Positions 1 to 12,240 of a stretch of DNA of 64,000 bases are shown one piece after another. This DNA comes from Euprymna scolopes (Eukaryota): assembly GCA_053919585.1 (NCBI GenBank), contig CM132784.1; one strand, 5' to 3'. Under the pieces are notes generated by a model. It made no database searches, was not told the origin of the DNA, and worked only from the letters and a program-made list of their open reading frames with translations. Every line of letters begins with the position of its first letter. Within the stretch, counting starts at the first letter, position 1. Made by a program: the position numbers and the translations under genes.

Positions 1-1042
1 TTTTTTATGATTCGCTACTTTGTCTTTATTTTTTAAATTTTAGTCGCCATTTTATTTGGTTATTCCCGTTTTTTTTTTCATTCATAATTTTTGTTTAATT
101 CTTCAACTTTGTCAGATTTTTTTGTAGTTCACCAATTTGTTATATTTCTAAAAGGTTGCTTGTAAATGTGGCTGACGTTATTGTGTAGCAAAGAACGGCT
201 GGCTTAATATTTCAATGACCCTTGGTAAGGCCGCCATAATTCAAAATGTTAAGAAAGAGAAAAACGGATGAATGAATGGCCCACTTTATATCGAGTAGAA
301 TTACATTCATTCATTCCGTTCACCTTATAGATCTGCACCCCCACCCCATGCAGAGTCTTTATTTACTCTCGAATAAATAAATGCTTTTATATATAAGACT
401 TTCGTTTTTCTTTTACTTTTCGACTTGTTTATTGAATGCCTCTTAAATTCTCTCTCTTTGCTTTCACGGGTCATGCTTTTTACTCTCAAAATAAATGACT
501 TTATTCAGCCAACAAACATTCACTTTTTTACTTTCAAAACTTACCATTTTTAAAATAATCATATTATTCAAAATTGATCTTTTAGCATCACTTAATATTC
601 TTCGAGTTGGTGCTTTTTCTTAAACAATAACACCGATGGGTATTGATTTATGTAATCTTCATCGTGCTAAACATCCAGTATATCCAGTATATATATATAT
701 ATAGAGAGAGAGAGAAGTCATTTTAATAAAGTCTTGCCTCTAACGACAGTATGCAAAAATAAGTAAATAAATAAAAATAAATAAAAATAAATAAAAGTAA
801 AATAATTATCGAATGTACCAAACGGTCATTTGAATAAAAATGACGAACTAAACACTTGCATGGGAAGAAACAATAAACTTGATCAATTGTCAAGAAAAAA
901 AGTTTAATCTTTGGTATTTGAAAGGTCATTTTCGGATAAAGCTTTACACAGATGTATAATATTTAGTTCTCTCCCACTGTAAGAACTTAGACACCATGGT
1001 AGGAAAATGAGATTTAGAAGTCAGCGCTCACAAAGAGAGGTA

Positions 1043-1931
1043 CAGTTTGTCCCAAAAGAAGGTGATGGTTAAACAATTGCATAACTTTCTTAATGTTTTT
1101 ATATTTGTCTTTTATTTTTTCAGATCATCTAGAGTAACCCTTCCCAGGTCATCATGAGTTGTTACACTATCGAGAAAACTTCAACACAAGAAATTCCCCT
1201 ACTCTCAATGCAATAAAAGCTATGATGGTTCGATTACATGATTAAGTGTCGGAATGTGACTTCCCTAAATCTGGTAGACCCCGTACGGCAAGAAGTGATA
1301 AGAATCATCAGAGATTAGCAGAGAGTGTGGCCGAGGATCCATCCACATTAGTAAGAAGGAGATCAAGTTAAATTGGGGTCTCTAGATCAATGTGGTTCCA
1401 GCAGGACGGTGCAACGGCGCATACAGCACGAGAAACATTAAATCTGCTCCAGGACATATTCGGCAATCGAATAATTTCTCGTGGCGATGAGATAAATTGG
1501 CCACCCCCACTCGCCAGATCTCACATGTGCAGATTTCTTCATTTGGAGTTACCTTAAAGAGCGGGTATATGCAAACAAACCAGTCACAATAAATGCCTTT
1601 AAAATATAGAGGAGGAAATTAGGGCCATAAGCCCTGAAACATTAAGCGATGTGCTGGACAATGCCCTGCAGAGAGCACAAAAGTGCAAAAATGAAAATGG
1701 TGGGCATTTAAGTAACATCATTTTTTCATAACTTAAATTAGATCTTGTGAAAATCATACCCTTGATTAAGTTGTGTAAATAAAATTAGAATAAGTAGACT
1801 ATGATATCTTACTGTATCTAAAATATCACGGAGAGGCCCATCTACCTACATATAAAAATTGGTAAGCATAACTTAAATATTGAGGAAGTTAATCAAAGTT
1901 GAAAACCGTCAGCTTCTTTTAGAACACCCTG
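1043..1931 (+). mobile_element. Tc1/mariner DD41D (rosa-type) transposon, internally deleted and decayed
   Basis: TA at 1041-1042 and 1932-1933. Imperfect 28-bp TIRs (cagtttgtcccaaaagaaggtgatggtt / rc cagggtgttctaaaagaagctgacggtt). Translated remnants SGRPRTARS and MWFQQDGATAHTARETLNLLQDIFGNRIISRGDEINWPPxSPDLTCADFFIWSYLKERVY give 41 residues between the 2nd and 3rd Asp after correcting one frameshift. Confidence 0.88.
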
Positions 1932-2076
1932 TACTTTGACCTGCAAAATGTGCCTGGACAGCCTTGTCGACATTCCCACATAAGGGCGCCTCAATCGATT
2001 AAGGATAAACTAACCTGTTCTCAGAGAGAGAAGGCAAAGCCCGGGATGATGGACCTCCCATAACTGCACAACACTA

Positions 2077-2291
2077 GCATTACATTGCAATACATAGAGA
2101 TTATGTTATTACAGGAAAAACCTAATATCTATGTATTGAAATGTAATGCAATCAGGTCATTACATGAATAATTAGGTCATCACATGAATAATTAGGTCAT
2201 TACAGGAATAATTAGGTCATTACAGGAATAATTAGGTCATTACAGGAATGATTAAGTCATTGAGAAATAGATTAGGTCATTAGAGGAATAA
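2077..2291. repeat. 27-bp-arm hairpin followed by ~7 copies of a 20-bp tandem repeat (ggtcattacaggaataatta)
   Basis: Inverted arms at ~2077-2103 and ~2123-2149. Tandem units are directly visible at 2156-2291. Confidence 0.85.
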
Positions 2292-2518
2292 CCTTGTCTC
2301 TGTTGGGTTTGGGGGCCGACAATAAAAATCCCTAGCATCTAACCCAAGTCGGGTCTGTTCACTGAAACGATAATTGCCGAATAAAACGCCCTTGGAGTCT
2401 TGTTACAATACCGTTTCAAAGTGCATTTTGGGTGGTTTATATTATAACCACCGAAAAAGATATCGGGGTTCTATAGCCATTTCAAATGATTTTGCGTTTT
2501 TCAAACACCGGTTTACCA

Positions 2519-3046
2519 TTGCTTCTTTTTGCTGACAACAGTTGATTAAATTTCTTTTGAGTTTCAGTGACAATCAGCCTTGTATGTGTAATGATTTTTG
2601 TCAATTTTTCATAATATATACAAAATCTGGACAAATTAAAATATATTTCCGACCAGGCAAAGTCGGGCGCTCTCCTCTCGCTAGTTTAATATATAAAAAG
2701 GCTATATATCTGTCTATCTGTCTGTCTGTCTGTCTGTCTGTCTCCATATTTTTAAACTCCATCTCAACCGAAACTAAAAGTCGCAGAGCGGCGCTAAGGG
2801 CCTCAAATGATTGATTTTTATGGATCCTTCTGTAATAGGTCGTTAGCTGGTAAAATTGTTTTTAAGGGGTTTAAATGGGTCAAAATTGACAAAAATCATT
2901 ACATATCTTTTGCATTCATCTTAGTTTATTTTAAAATTTTAATCCGTTCATACGCCTGTCAAGTTAGTACTTGAATATTTAAAAGGCTGATTGTCACTCA
3001 AACTCAGGAGAAATTTAATCAACTGTTGTCAGCAAAAAGAAGCAAT
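2519..3046. mobile_element. Inverted repeat enclosing a Helitron-like 3'-end/5'-end junction
   Basis: 2519-2581 is the reverse complement of 2983-3045 (about 3 mismatches), and 2583-2608 matches 2882-2906. Inside are the hairpin ccgac..gtcgg plus CTAG (~2682-2685), then a tatataaa + (ctgt)n start typical of non-autonomous Helitrons. Confidence 0.55.
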
Positions 3047-3299
3047 CAGTGAATATAATAAACCGTGCAACAACAACAACAACTACTACTACTACTACTA
3101 CTACTTATAATAATGATAACAACAATAATAATTTCGATTATTTATTGTCATTGAATAGTCACTGCTGTTTACTGTGTGAAATCTATTGGTGAGTAAATAC
3201 GATCGCAATTTAGGAGTCATCAGTTAGCTCTGTTACTTAGTGTGTAGTGTATTAATTACCATACAAATGAGTTTCGCGCCAAGTTAATAGAAAATGCAA

Positions 3300-4325
3300 A
3301 ATTATAATCAATTACACAGGAAGTCCTAACAGCACAGCCCAGAGAACAAATTTACCACTTCCTTAATAATCGTTAACTACTTTCCAAAGAAAACAAAGGA
3401 CGCTGAAAAAGGGACAAGAAGACTTGACATACTTTACATGGACCACAAGATTCTTAAGAAAGTAAAAAAAATGTCTAAAAAAATAAAAGGAAAGAAAATG
3501 GCATGGGTGGACTACAAAATAGCATATGTCATAATCTCTAAAGTATGGATAATAGAATGCCTGTACAAAATACTAGATAAGATTATCGATTTGATTTAAA
3601 AAAAAAACGATGAGAACATGGAGACTTTAACTGGTAGCTGAAGGAGAATACATAACTCAGATCAAAATACAAAGAGGTATCTTCCAAGGAGACCACCTAT
3701 GATCACTGCTGTTTATCATACCATGACGCCTCCCAACAATATACCAAGGAAATACCAAGCTGAAGACAAATTTAAAAATATAGAATGAATCCTATAGTGT
3801 ATAGTGACCGATTTGAAACTTTTCACAAGAAACAAGATCAAGTAGAGACGTTCATAAACACGACCAGATTCTTTAGCTAGCATATGCGAATGTAGTTCTG
3901 ATTGGAAAAGTGCGCAGTTCTAGTTATAATAATGGGAAAACTGGAAGCAGAAAATAATGGCATTAGGCGAACATTACAACTATAACTATTTGGGAGTTCT
4001 GGAAGCAAACACTATCAAAGTAACAGAAATAAAAGAGTAAATTAGAAATAAATTCCTAAGAATTACAAGACATCCAGAAAAATCATTAGTAAGTTACATT
4101 GGTTCATAGGCTAGACCAAAGAAGAACAGAAGAATCCCGACCAGAAAACTAGAAATCTTATGACCATGCGCAATACATTACACCCAGAGAATGAATGTTT
4201 CTGACCGGCTCTACGTGAAAAGGAAAGACGAAGGAATGGTACTGGTTCTCATAGAAGACTCTGTTGATGACACAAAAGTAAACCATGCAACACTCAGAAG
4301 ACTGAAAGGTTAATTTCCACAGCAA

Positions 4326-4372
<47 letters not shown>

Positions 4373-5135
4373 CAAGGGATAAGACAAGAAAACACGAATG
4401 GGAAATGAAACAGATTGGGAATAAAACAACTACACAGACGATTTCTAAGGATGAAAAAATATGATACTCACGAAAATAATTTCACATGACTACGAAACGA
4501 CACATAAACAGAGAAACTAAATCATTAATAACAGCCACACAAGATAACGCAATTAGAACCAACTATATTAAAGCGAAGACAGAAAAAAAAAGACAGTAAA
4601 TGCAGACTCTGTGGACAGACGGACGAAACGTTAAACCCTATAATAAGTAAATTCAGTAAATTAGCCAAGAATAATATAAGGATAGACATGACCATGCGAC
4701 TAAGGCAGTACACTTAGAACTATACAAACAACTGAATCTTGAACACTAAGATAAATGATACAAGCACGTCCCGGTAGTAGTACTTGAAAGCGAAATCGTA
4801 AAATCCTAATGCATCATGAACTTACGAAGAAATATCAAAACAAGAAATCTGGATATCATAATAGTTAACAAGAAAGAAAATTTCTACAAGATATTAGATG
4901 TCTCTGTTTCAGCAGTCTACGCAAGGAGACGAAGAAGCGAAGCAAGTACACGGAACTGGCCAGAGAACTTAAAGAGATATGGAAAATGAAGAAAGTCAAA
5001 ATAAGAACAAACTTGTAGGAGAACAAGGAATAATCTCAAAAAACTCCGAAATAAGAAGGAAAGAAATTGGTAAGAGGGACTAGCTAAGAAGATACAACGA
5101 ATAGCAATAAAAAAAACTTAAATCTTAAGGAAAAC
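3300..5135 (+). mobile_element. Decayed R4/Dong-clade (RLE-type) non-LTR retrotransposon: RT and C-terminal CCHC/endonuclease remnants
   Basis: Fragments in broken frames: MAWVDYKIAY, IKIQRGIFQGD, DLKLF, LEKCAVLV, YLGVLEANTIK, TRNLMTMRNTLHP, RLYVKRKDEG, RETKSLITATQDNAIRTNYIKAK, SKCRLCGQTDET, RHD, DIIIVNKKEN, KYTELARELK. Many stops and a (GA)n insertion. Confidence 0.85.
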
Positions 5136-5263
5136 GTTTTAATGCAGAAACTAACACATATGAGCTAGAAACGCAAACCGGACGCATAAAAAATGCAATA
5201 GATGAAAAAAAAAAAGATAAAAGAACACCAAAGTGGAAACAAGACATCTGAAACTGTATAATA

Positions 5264-6534
5264 CAGGGTGCGTCTGGTATTTGAGAACATATATTTCCTT
5301 TTAAAAAATATACAAAAAGACAAACAAAAACATCGGTATTACAAAAAGTCACTTTATTGTACATAAACTAAAATATTATTTTTTAATTTTATTTAAAAAG
5401 ATCGCCCCCAGCATCAATTACAGCTTCTATTCGAAACCTAAACCGTTGGCAGGCACGTTTAATATGGTCCTCATCGATATCCTGCATTACTCTGACTATG
5501 GATGCTTTCATAGAATCTTTAGTGTTATGATGATGTTTATTAACATCTCTCTAAACAACGCCCCACACATAATAATCAAACGGATTTAGGTCTGGAGAGC
5601 TTGGAGGCCACACATTGGGGTAATGTGATCATGGAAATTCTCTCTTAACCATTCTTGTGTCTTCTGAGCCTTATGTATCGGTGGAGAGTCTTGTTGAAAG
5701 ATGTAGAGCCTTCCATTTCTTACTCTATTAATCCAAGCCTTCACAACAGTACTCAGGACTTCAATGTAAGCAGCGGAATCGATTTTTAATCCTTGTGGAA
5801 AGAAATGTGGTGGCATCACATGTCCCTCATTGCTAACCACCCCCAAAACCATAATAGTTGCTGGAAATTTTGTGTGCATGAATCTTGGAATTTCAGAAGG
5901 GTCAGCACATAGCCATCTGTCATTTTTTTGGTTTATCTTTTGGTCTTGGTCAAATTTCTTTCGTCTGAAAAAAAACAAAAACAAAGAATCTGTTCCTCAG
6001 CAGGATGTTTCAGTTTGCTTAAAAGCCTCTTGGATCTCAACAACCGATTTTCTTTGGTGGTCTCGGAGATAAACTGGCCTCTCTTCATCACATACGAGTT
6101 GTATCGAAGATTTTCATGACAAGTCCTACGAATTGTGGCTTCTGAGACATTAAGATCTTTTGCAATTGACCTCATTAACTTTTGAGGGCTCTCATCAATG
6201 ATGTTCTGAACTCTTTGAATAAATTCAGGTGTTTTTATGCTGTCAGAACGTTGTTGATGCTTTTAGAGTTTAGCAACTGGAGAAATTGGGCCATTTTTGT
6301 CCTTTAATTCTTTGCGAACTTTAAAGACAAACGATCGGGCAACTTTTAGAAATCGTGCAATTTGCAAATCACTGTGTTCTACCATTATTGCAACTATTAC
6401 AGCCTGTCTTTTCATTTCCTGAGTTATATTAATATCTGCCATAAATAATTTTTCTGAAAGAAACAAAGTAAAAGATTAAATAATAGATAAAAGAGATGAA
6501 ATAAGTGATGTTCTCAAATACAAGACGCACCCTG
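5264..6534 (-). mobile_element. Full-length Tc1/mariner DD37D (maT-type) transposon with frameshifted transposase pseudogene
   Basis: 27-bp TIRs cagggtgcgtct(g/t)gtatttgagaacat with 1 mismatch, and TA TSD at 5262-5263 and 6535-6536. Motifs FFSDE, IFQQDSPPIH and WPPSSPDLNPFDYYVWG are spread over ORFs 6263-6466, 5933-6175 and 5586-5984. There are 37 residues between the 2nd and 3rd Asp after restoring a 1-nt deletion. Confidence 0.93.
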
Positions 6535-7819
6535 TATGTTTACTCGTCTCCCTCCCGCACAAATTGTAGCGCTACCGAAGAGAGAAAGCACTAACCAAGA
6601 CTCCATTGGATAAGTACGAAAAGGAGTGGGACCTTTGCGAAGCTTATTGCCACCCAAATTCCTGTGAATTATGTAATATCTACTATGTAACGGGGTTATC
6701 TCGTCATTTTATTTGAATTATCTTAATAGTAACATGTTCAATTTATGATAAAAGAAGAGGTACCATTTATAATCGTCCAAAATCATTTCTTCGTTTGCAT
6801 ATTTAAAAATTAAAAGTTAATCACAAGTGACTTTTCTAGCCCAAATATCAGCTGACGTGATATTGTAAACAAACACAGGCGGAATTTGATGAACGACATT
6901 ATCATTATAATTTTTGTATTTTTTTTGCGAATTACTCCAACGGGTAAATTATTCTTCGTAATATATTATAATCAATAGAGGATTAATTCTGTAATAATAC
7001 ATACTGTTGTGTATGGTAGGGGACAGGTCCCAGTAATTGGAGAAACAAAGTAAATAGGATTGAAAATAATATTTATAAAAGGAAAAGGCTAGAATTGAAC
7101 TCAGCAATCAAAAGTTAAAAAGAATACATATTGCAATTTAGATACGATGATAGGAATGCAGAGCATTGCCCATTGTGTTAGAAATAACTGTACAACAAGT
7201 GGGGTCAGAGCAGTAGAATAAACAATCAATTTAGGAATGTTCTTTGTGCTGCCAAAAAACGTATTGCAGACATATGTAATATGTAAAATCAACGTGAGGA
7301 GACATTCACATGTTTGAGCACGTTCTGATGTTAGAAAGAAAGGTAGATTACAATATATTCAGTTGCGAGTCAGAGTCAGTCAGAAGAGTTCGGAATAGAA
7401 GATCGATTCTATAATAATACATACGCAATCGGCATAAATTAAAATATCATGTTTAAGCGTATTGTACGACCAGGAAATACCGGGCTGCTAGCTAGTTATT
7501 ATTAGGGCTATGACAACAGCATATTCTTTTCATATTTTTTACTCTCAAGTATATATCCGACACAGTTAGACACAGTTAGTCAACCGAGAACCCCATCACT
7601 TTATATAAAAAGCATGTAAGATAGCAACGTATACACATTCGAGAGTGAAAACAATGAAAAGAATATGATGTTGTCCTTGCCCTGGTTATTATATTTATAC
7701 TCGTGTTAAGCATGCAAAACTTATATAAAAAATTGTGAACATTTATGTTTGTGATTTTTTTTTAAATGAGGAAAATAATATATATTATATAGATTATTAG
7801 AACTATTGTTCTCATCTTG

Positions 7820-8300
7820 AATGTTAATCTCACAACATTTCGACCAATGTAACTACTGATCTTCTCCATTTGTACCTGGCCGAACTTGAGAATATTTGTG
7901 TCGAACGCGACAATCTACACGGAATTTCAAATTGAACCATTTATTTTAACAAATAGGGGCAGCATGCTCTTGTTTCGTCGTAAGTAATTCGCAATTGTTT
8001 GCTTAGTATCACTGACACTGAGGATTAAACCTTCAACTTCCAGTTGAGTGTCACGGGGTTTTACTTCGAACATTAGCCGTTACGCCACGAGCGCTTGCGA
8101 TTAAATAAACAGTTCCGTTCAAAATTCCGTGCCGATTCCTGTGCTCGACAGAAACATTAATGTGTTGAAAAGATACACCTGATTATTGTTGGAGGTTATG
8201 TCGGCAGAAACGTTGCGAGGAGAATTGTGTCCGTGACGAGAATTGTAGCCAGAATAATCCAACTTATCCAAGTAGGAACGTTAATCACACTTTTCGAAAG
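7820..8300. mobile_element. Old composite repeat: tRNA-like segment flanked by outward-facing degenerate hammerhead-like (Penelope-type) termini
   Basis: Minus-strand tRNA-like gtggcgtaacggctaatg...ggtttaatcc at ~8010-8090. Plus-strand cctgatta..ggcagaaacgttg at ~8178-8220. Minus-strand gaagatcag..ggtcgaaatgttg at ~7830-7868. Confidence 0.4.
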
Positions 8301-9105
8301 TGAGTCGAAAATCGGTCACTNNNNNNNNNNNNNNNNNNNNNNNNNNNNNNNNNNNNNNNNNNNNNNNNNNNNNNNNNNNNNNNNNNNNNNNNNNNNNNNN
8401 NNNNNNNNNNNNNNNNNNNNNNNNNNNNNNNNNNNNNNNNNNNNNNNNNNNNNNNNNNNNNNNNNNNCATTCAGCAGAAGAACAGCAGCTGTACAACAGA
8501 CGAATAAACAAAAAACACATGGCGTCGGCCTTTGGGCTAAAATAAAAACATAAACACAAAATAATATATTTCGACTAAAATATATTTTTTTACTTGTTTG
8601 GATTTTCTTTTCTTTTCAGTAAGGTCAGTTATTCGTTCCATCATTTTCATAAACAATTTTTTTAAAGTTTCAATTATTTTAGGGTAGAAAAAACTATTTT
8701 TTGAAAAAAGCCAGTCTATCAAATTTTAATTGGTTTACGGAAACTGTTTTTTAAGCTGTTTCAGATTCCCACAAAAATATAAAAAGTATTTCTCAATAGA
8801 AACTTTTTTAATAGTAAATTATGAATATACTTCCAATATTGTTATGAGTTCAGTCTATTTAACCCTTTAGTGGCACAAGATAATCTAACGTCCCTACACT
8901 GCTTTAATTGTGTTTAACATCCACGCTGTGTTTGAAAGATACACACAACTTTGTAATAGAAATACCTTAGTGGACAACTTGGCTAAGTAGTCGGACCGTC
9001 TTTACTCCTCTACATCATCAACTCAAATACAGTAGTTTTGTGTTAAATTATGTAAAGATGAGGATAATAGTCCGTAAAAGAATGAATACACACACACACA
9101 TACAA

Positions 9106-9139
<34 letters not shown>

Positions 9140-9140
<1 letters not shown>

Positions 9141-9227
9141 AAATTTATTTATACAAACATTGATGGCTACATATGTGCATACATGTTTCTGTAATCACCC
9201 GTGCTGGAGATTACGTCTTCAGGCCAA
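9140..9227 (-). mobile_element. Penelope-like terminal fragment with hammerhead-like core
   Basis: The reverse complement reads ctgaaga-c-gtaatc..gattac-a-gaaacatgta-tgcacatatgtagccatcaatgtttgtataaataaa. The tail is homologous to the arms of 20868-21068. Confidence 0.55.
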
Positions 9228-9829
9228 GAATTACCCCCGGAAACTGACATTTCAAGACAAAAACATTTCCTTATTTCGTTTACAAAATTAGAATCTTGTC
9301 ACCTAATATGGGTGGGGAGGTTATGTGTGGGAGAGGATAAGTAAGGTTTGTGAACGATCCATTCCTCACAGACTTTTATCTTTCCATATCTTAACCTCTT
9401 ATTTTTTCTTCCCTTTTTATATTCTTTTTAAAAAATTTATATATCTCATCTTTTGGTTTTGTGTTATAAAGTACTTGAGAATTCCACATTCTGTCGACCC
9501 TGGTTAGTGGTCAAAGACTATAGATATTTCCGATGGCCACCCAGTGCAGATAAGCCGGCATTCTCAATTTACGTANNNNNNNNNNNNNNNNNNNNNNNNN
9601 NNNNNNNNNNNNNNNNNNNNNNNNNNNNNNNNNNNNNNNNNNNNNNNNNNNNNNNNNNNNNNNNNNNNNNNNNNNNNNNNNNNNNNNNNNNNNNNNNNNN
9701 NNNACCGTTTGGTATAAATATAAAAATAAAATAAATATAAATATAAAATCAAGAAAGCTACCGACCTCCGCATGCATAAATAGACATAAATACATGTATA
9801 AATATCTATACTTTGATACACCCGCGTGC

Positions 9830-9879
<50 letters not shown>

Positions 9880-9974
9880 TAAACGTAAGCGCACATCATA
9901 TAATATACAGAATTATACATATTTACACTAAACATATTTATTATATACAGTTATACATATTTACACTGAACGTA

Positions 9975-10620
9975 CAACCAAATGGTCAAAACCAACTTGG
10001 GTAGAAAATTCATTAATCTCATTAAACTAAATTCTTCCCCCCAGCAACATGCTCCACAAATATTCAACAGAAACACCATCAAACTGAACTACAGTTGCGG
10101 CAAGAAAAGATAATAAAAACCATAATAATAAAATTTTAAATAACGACACAGAACACAATTTAGGGAACAGGGTAACAAAAACTTGCAACTCTATTAATAA
10201 ATCCAAATGCCCTCTTAAGGAAAAATGTCTCACAACCTCTGTAATTTATCAAGCCAATATTAGGGCCAAGGAAGTCCCCGCCACTTTCAAATCCTACATC
10301 GAGCAAACTAGTAATACCTTTAAACAGAGATACACAGGGCACAAAGCTCTTTCCTAAACCCAAATTACAGACATAAAACATCATTAGCTACATACTACAA
10401 TTATCTAACGAGTAAAAATTTGACACCTATTGTTGACTGGCACATCCTAAAAAATGCAAAACCTTGGCAGTCACTAAATTAACCTTGCCTTCTTTGCTTA
10501 AATGAAAAACTATTTATCACAAAATTTAAGGATAGGGATAAACTCTTAAATAAGAAACAGGAAACCTTCAGAAATTGCAGACATTACAAATCGCATCTGC
10601 TCTCTCACTTGCGAATTACT
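9975..10620 (+). mobile_element. Penelope-like element (Naiad-type), C-terminal GIY-YIG endonuclease region, pseudogenised
   Basis: Broken frames give VKTNLGRKFINLI, IFNRNTIKLNYSC, KTCNSINKSKCPLKEKCLTTSVIYQANI..SYIEQTSNTFKQRYTGHK, TSLATY, VDWHIL, PCLLCLNEKLFI and LLNKKQETFRNCRH. Confidence 0.85.
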
Positions 10621-10945
10621 CCCCAATATATTCAACTCAAACACGACCCACATGCAATATCCGACAGTTGAACACCTACACATCCTAACCTCCTCAAGTA
10701 CATCATTCACGAAATCCAAAAGCACACTTTTCCTGAGTAAAACAATGCATAAAAATAAATAAAAATAAAAATAAAAATGACTAAATTTAACTATCATAAG
10801 CTTAAAAATGACATATATCCTGATTTTTTCAATTACTATCAATATGAAAGGTCTTTAATAAATTTACTAATGCACAAATTAATAAATCAACATTAAATGA
10901 ACAAACGAAATAGGAATTAATATTTTGTTTAAGATAACACAAAGC

Positions 10946-11477
10946 GGGTTTGTATTACTGTACACATAGATTCGAAATAGTTGTCAAAAAACAAATATAG
11001 AACAAATAAATGTTATCAAAGGCAAGATAAGTTACTTTTCTACCTTACTGGATATATTTTTTGTGTTTTTATTCAGTGTAACATGTTTATTCAGCTCGAA
11101 AAACATGCAGTGTTTACCGATGTATTGGAAACTAGACAAAATACTGTTAGAAAACAACCGAATACATGTCAACTTATGTCACGGTAACATATATTGAGCG
11201 AATTTCTAACAGTATTTTGTCTAGTTTATTATTTATAATACCTTTTCCCAAACGTACCCTCTCCGAGAGAGAGTCGGCTACCATTTTGAATTTTCCAATA
11301 CATCGGTAAACACTGCATGTTTTTCGAGCTGAATAAACATGTTACACTGAATAAAAACACAAAAAATATATCCAGTTAGGTAGAAAAGTAACTTATCTTG
11401 CCTTTGATAACATTTATTTGTTCTATATTTGTTTTTTGACAACTTTTTCGAATCTATGTGTACAGTAATACAAACCC
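10946..11477. mobile_element. Young MITE/foldback element with 186-bp TIRs and 8-bp TSD
   Basis: Arms 10946-11131 and 11292-11477 are reverse complements with about 2 mismatches. Termini are GGG/CCC. Identical TSD cacaaagc at 10938-10945 and 11478-11485. Inner 24-bp inverted repeat at ~11130-11153/11203-11226. Confidence 0.9.
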
Positions 11478-12059
11478 CACAAAGCTATTAAATGATGCTA
11501 CCTTCTCTTTCCCTTTCCTTCTTCCCTCTTCCTCCATCTTCGCCTTTTTCCCATTTTCCTTTTTTCTTTCTTCCCCATTCCATCTCACCCTACCACCTTC
11601 CTTCCTTCCTTTCTTTTTCAAGCCTAAACCCACCCTTCCCTCTCCTCAACCGTTCACTGGAAGCCCAAACAACATTCGACAGACCTGGATGAATTCCTAA
11701 CCTCTCCTCAGATATAAGTATATTAAGTTAAAATGAACTTAAAAAAAGGGAATTTTATGACACACTGACCCTCAAAAGTCTCAGACAAGCGGCGAACTAC
11801 AGACAAAGGAGCCTCTTGCTTGTTGAAGATAACATCTGTATAGCTCTAGATTTGGAACTCAATCCCCTCAACCAACAAACCCTAACCCCTAACACCAACA
11901 CGAAAATGAATAAAAACACCGATAAATAAGTAAATAAACAAATACGAGAATAAATAAACTAACGAATTCGCACCCAATTCAACCCTGTTCTCCGCGAAGC
12001 TGAATCTTTACCCTCATGACCTGATAAAAAAAGCCTTCTTTTGCTGAGGATTAATTTTC

Positions 12060-12190
12060 GCTCTTCATTTAGAATTCCGTTTTCGAAAATGAGGGTTGTT
12101 GTCTGATGAGTTCTCTAGTTAGTAAATACTAGTAGACCGAAACATGCTCATGACTGTGTAGCAACAAACTACTGCTTATGTAAAGATAAA

Positions 12191-12195
<5 letters not shown>
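12060..12195 (+). mobile_element. Penelope-like pseudo-LTR with hammerhead-like motif
   Basis: gttgt-CTGATGA-stem(ctagt..actag)-cGAAAcatgctc-atgac. The tail is homologous to both arms of 15200-15380. Confidence 0.55.

Positions 12196-12235
<40 letters not shown>

Positions 12236-12240
<5 letters not shown>

Noticed and set aside
7006-7430. Possible solo LTR (also 40620-41150)
   Set aside because: It has a TG start and LTR-like composition only. No partner LTR, PBS, PPT or TSD could be identified.
9975-10620. Selenoprotein-encoding Naiad (TGA at conserved Cys positions plus SECIS)
   Set aside because: The conserved Cys codons visible here are TGC/TGT, none is TGA, and no convincing SECIS was seen.
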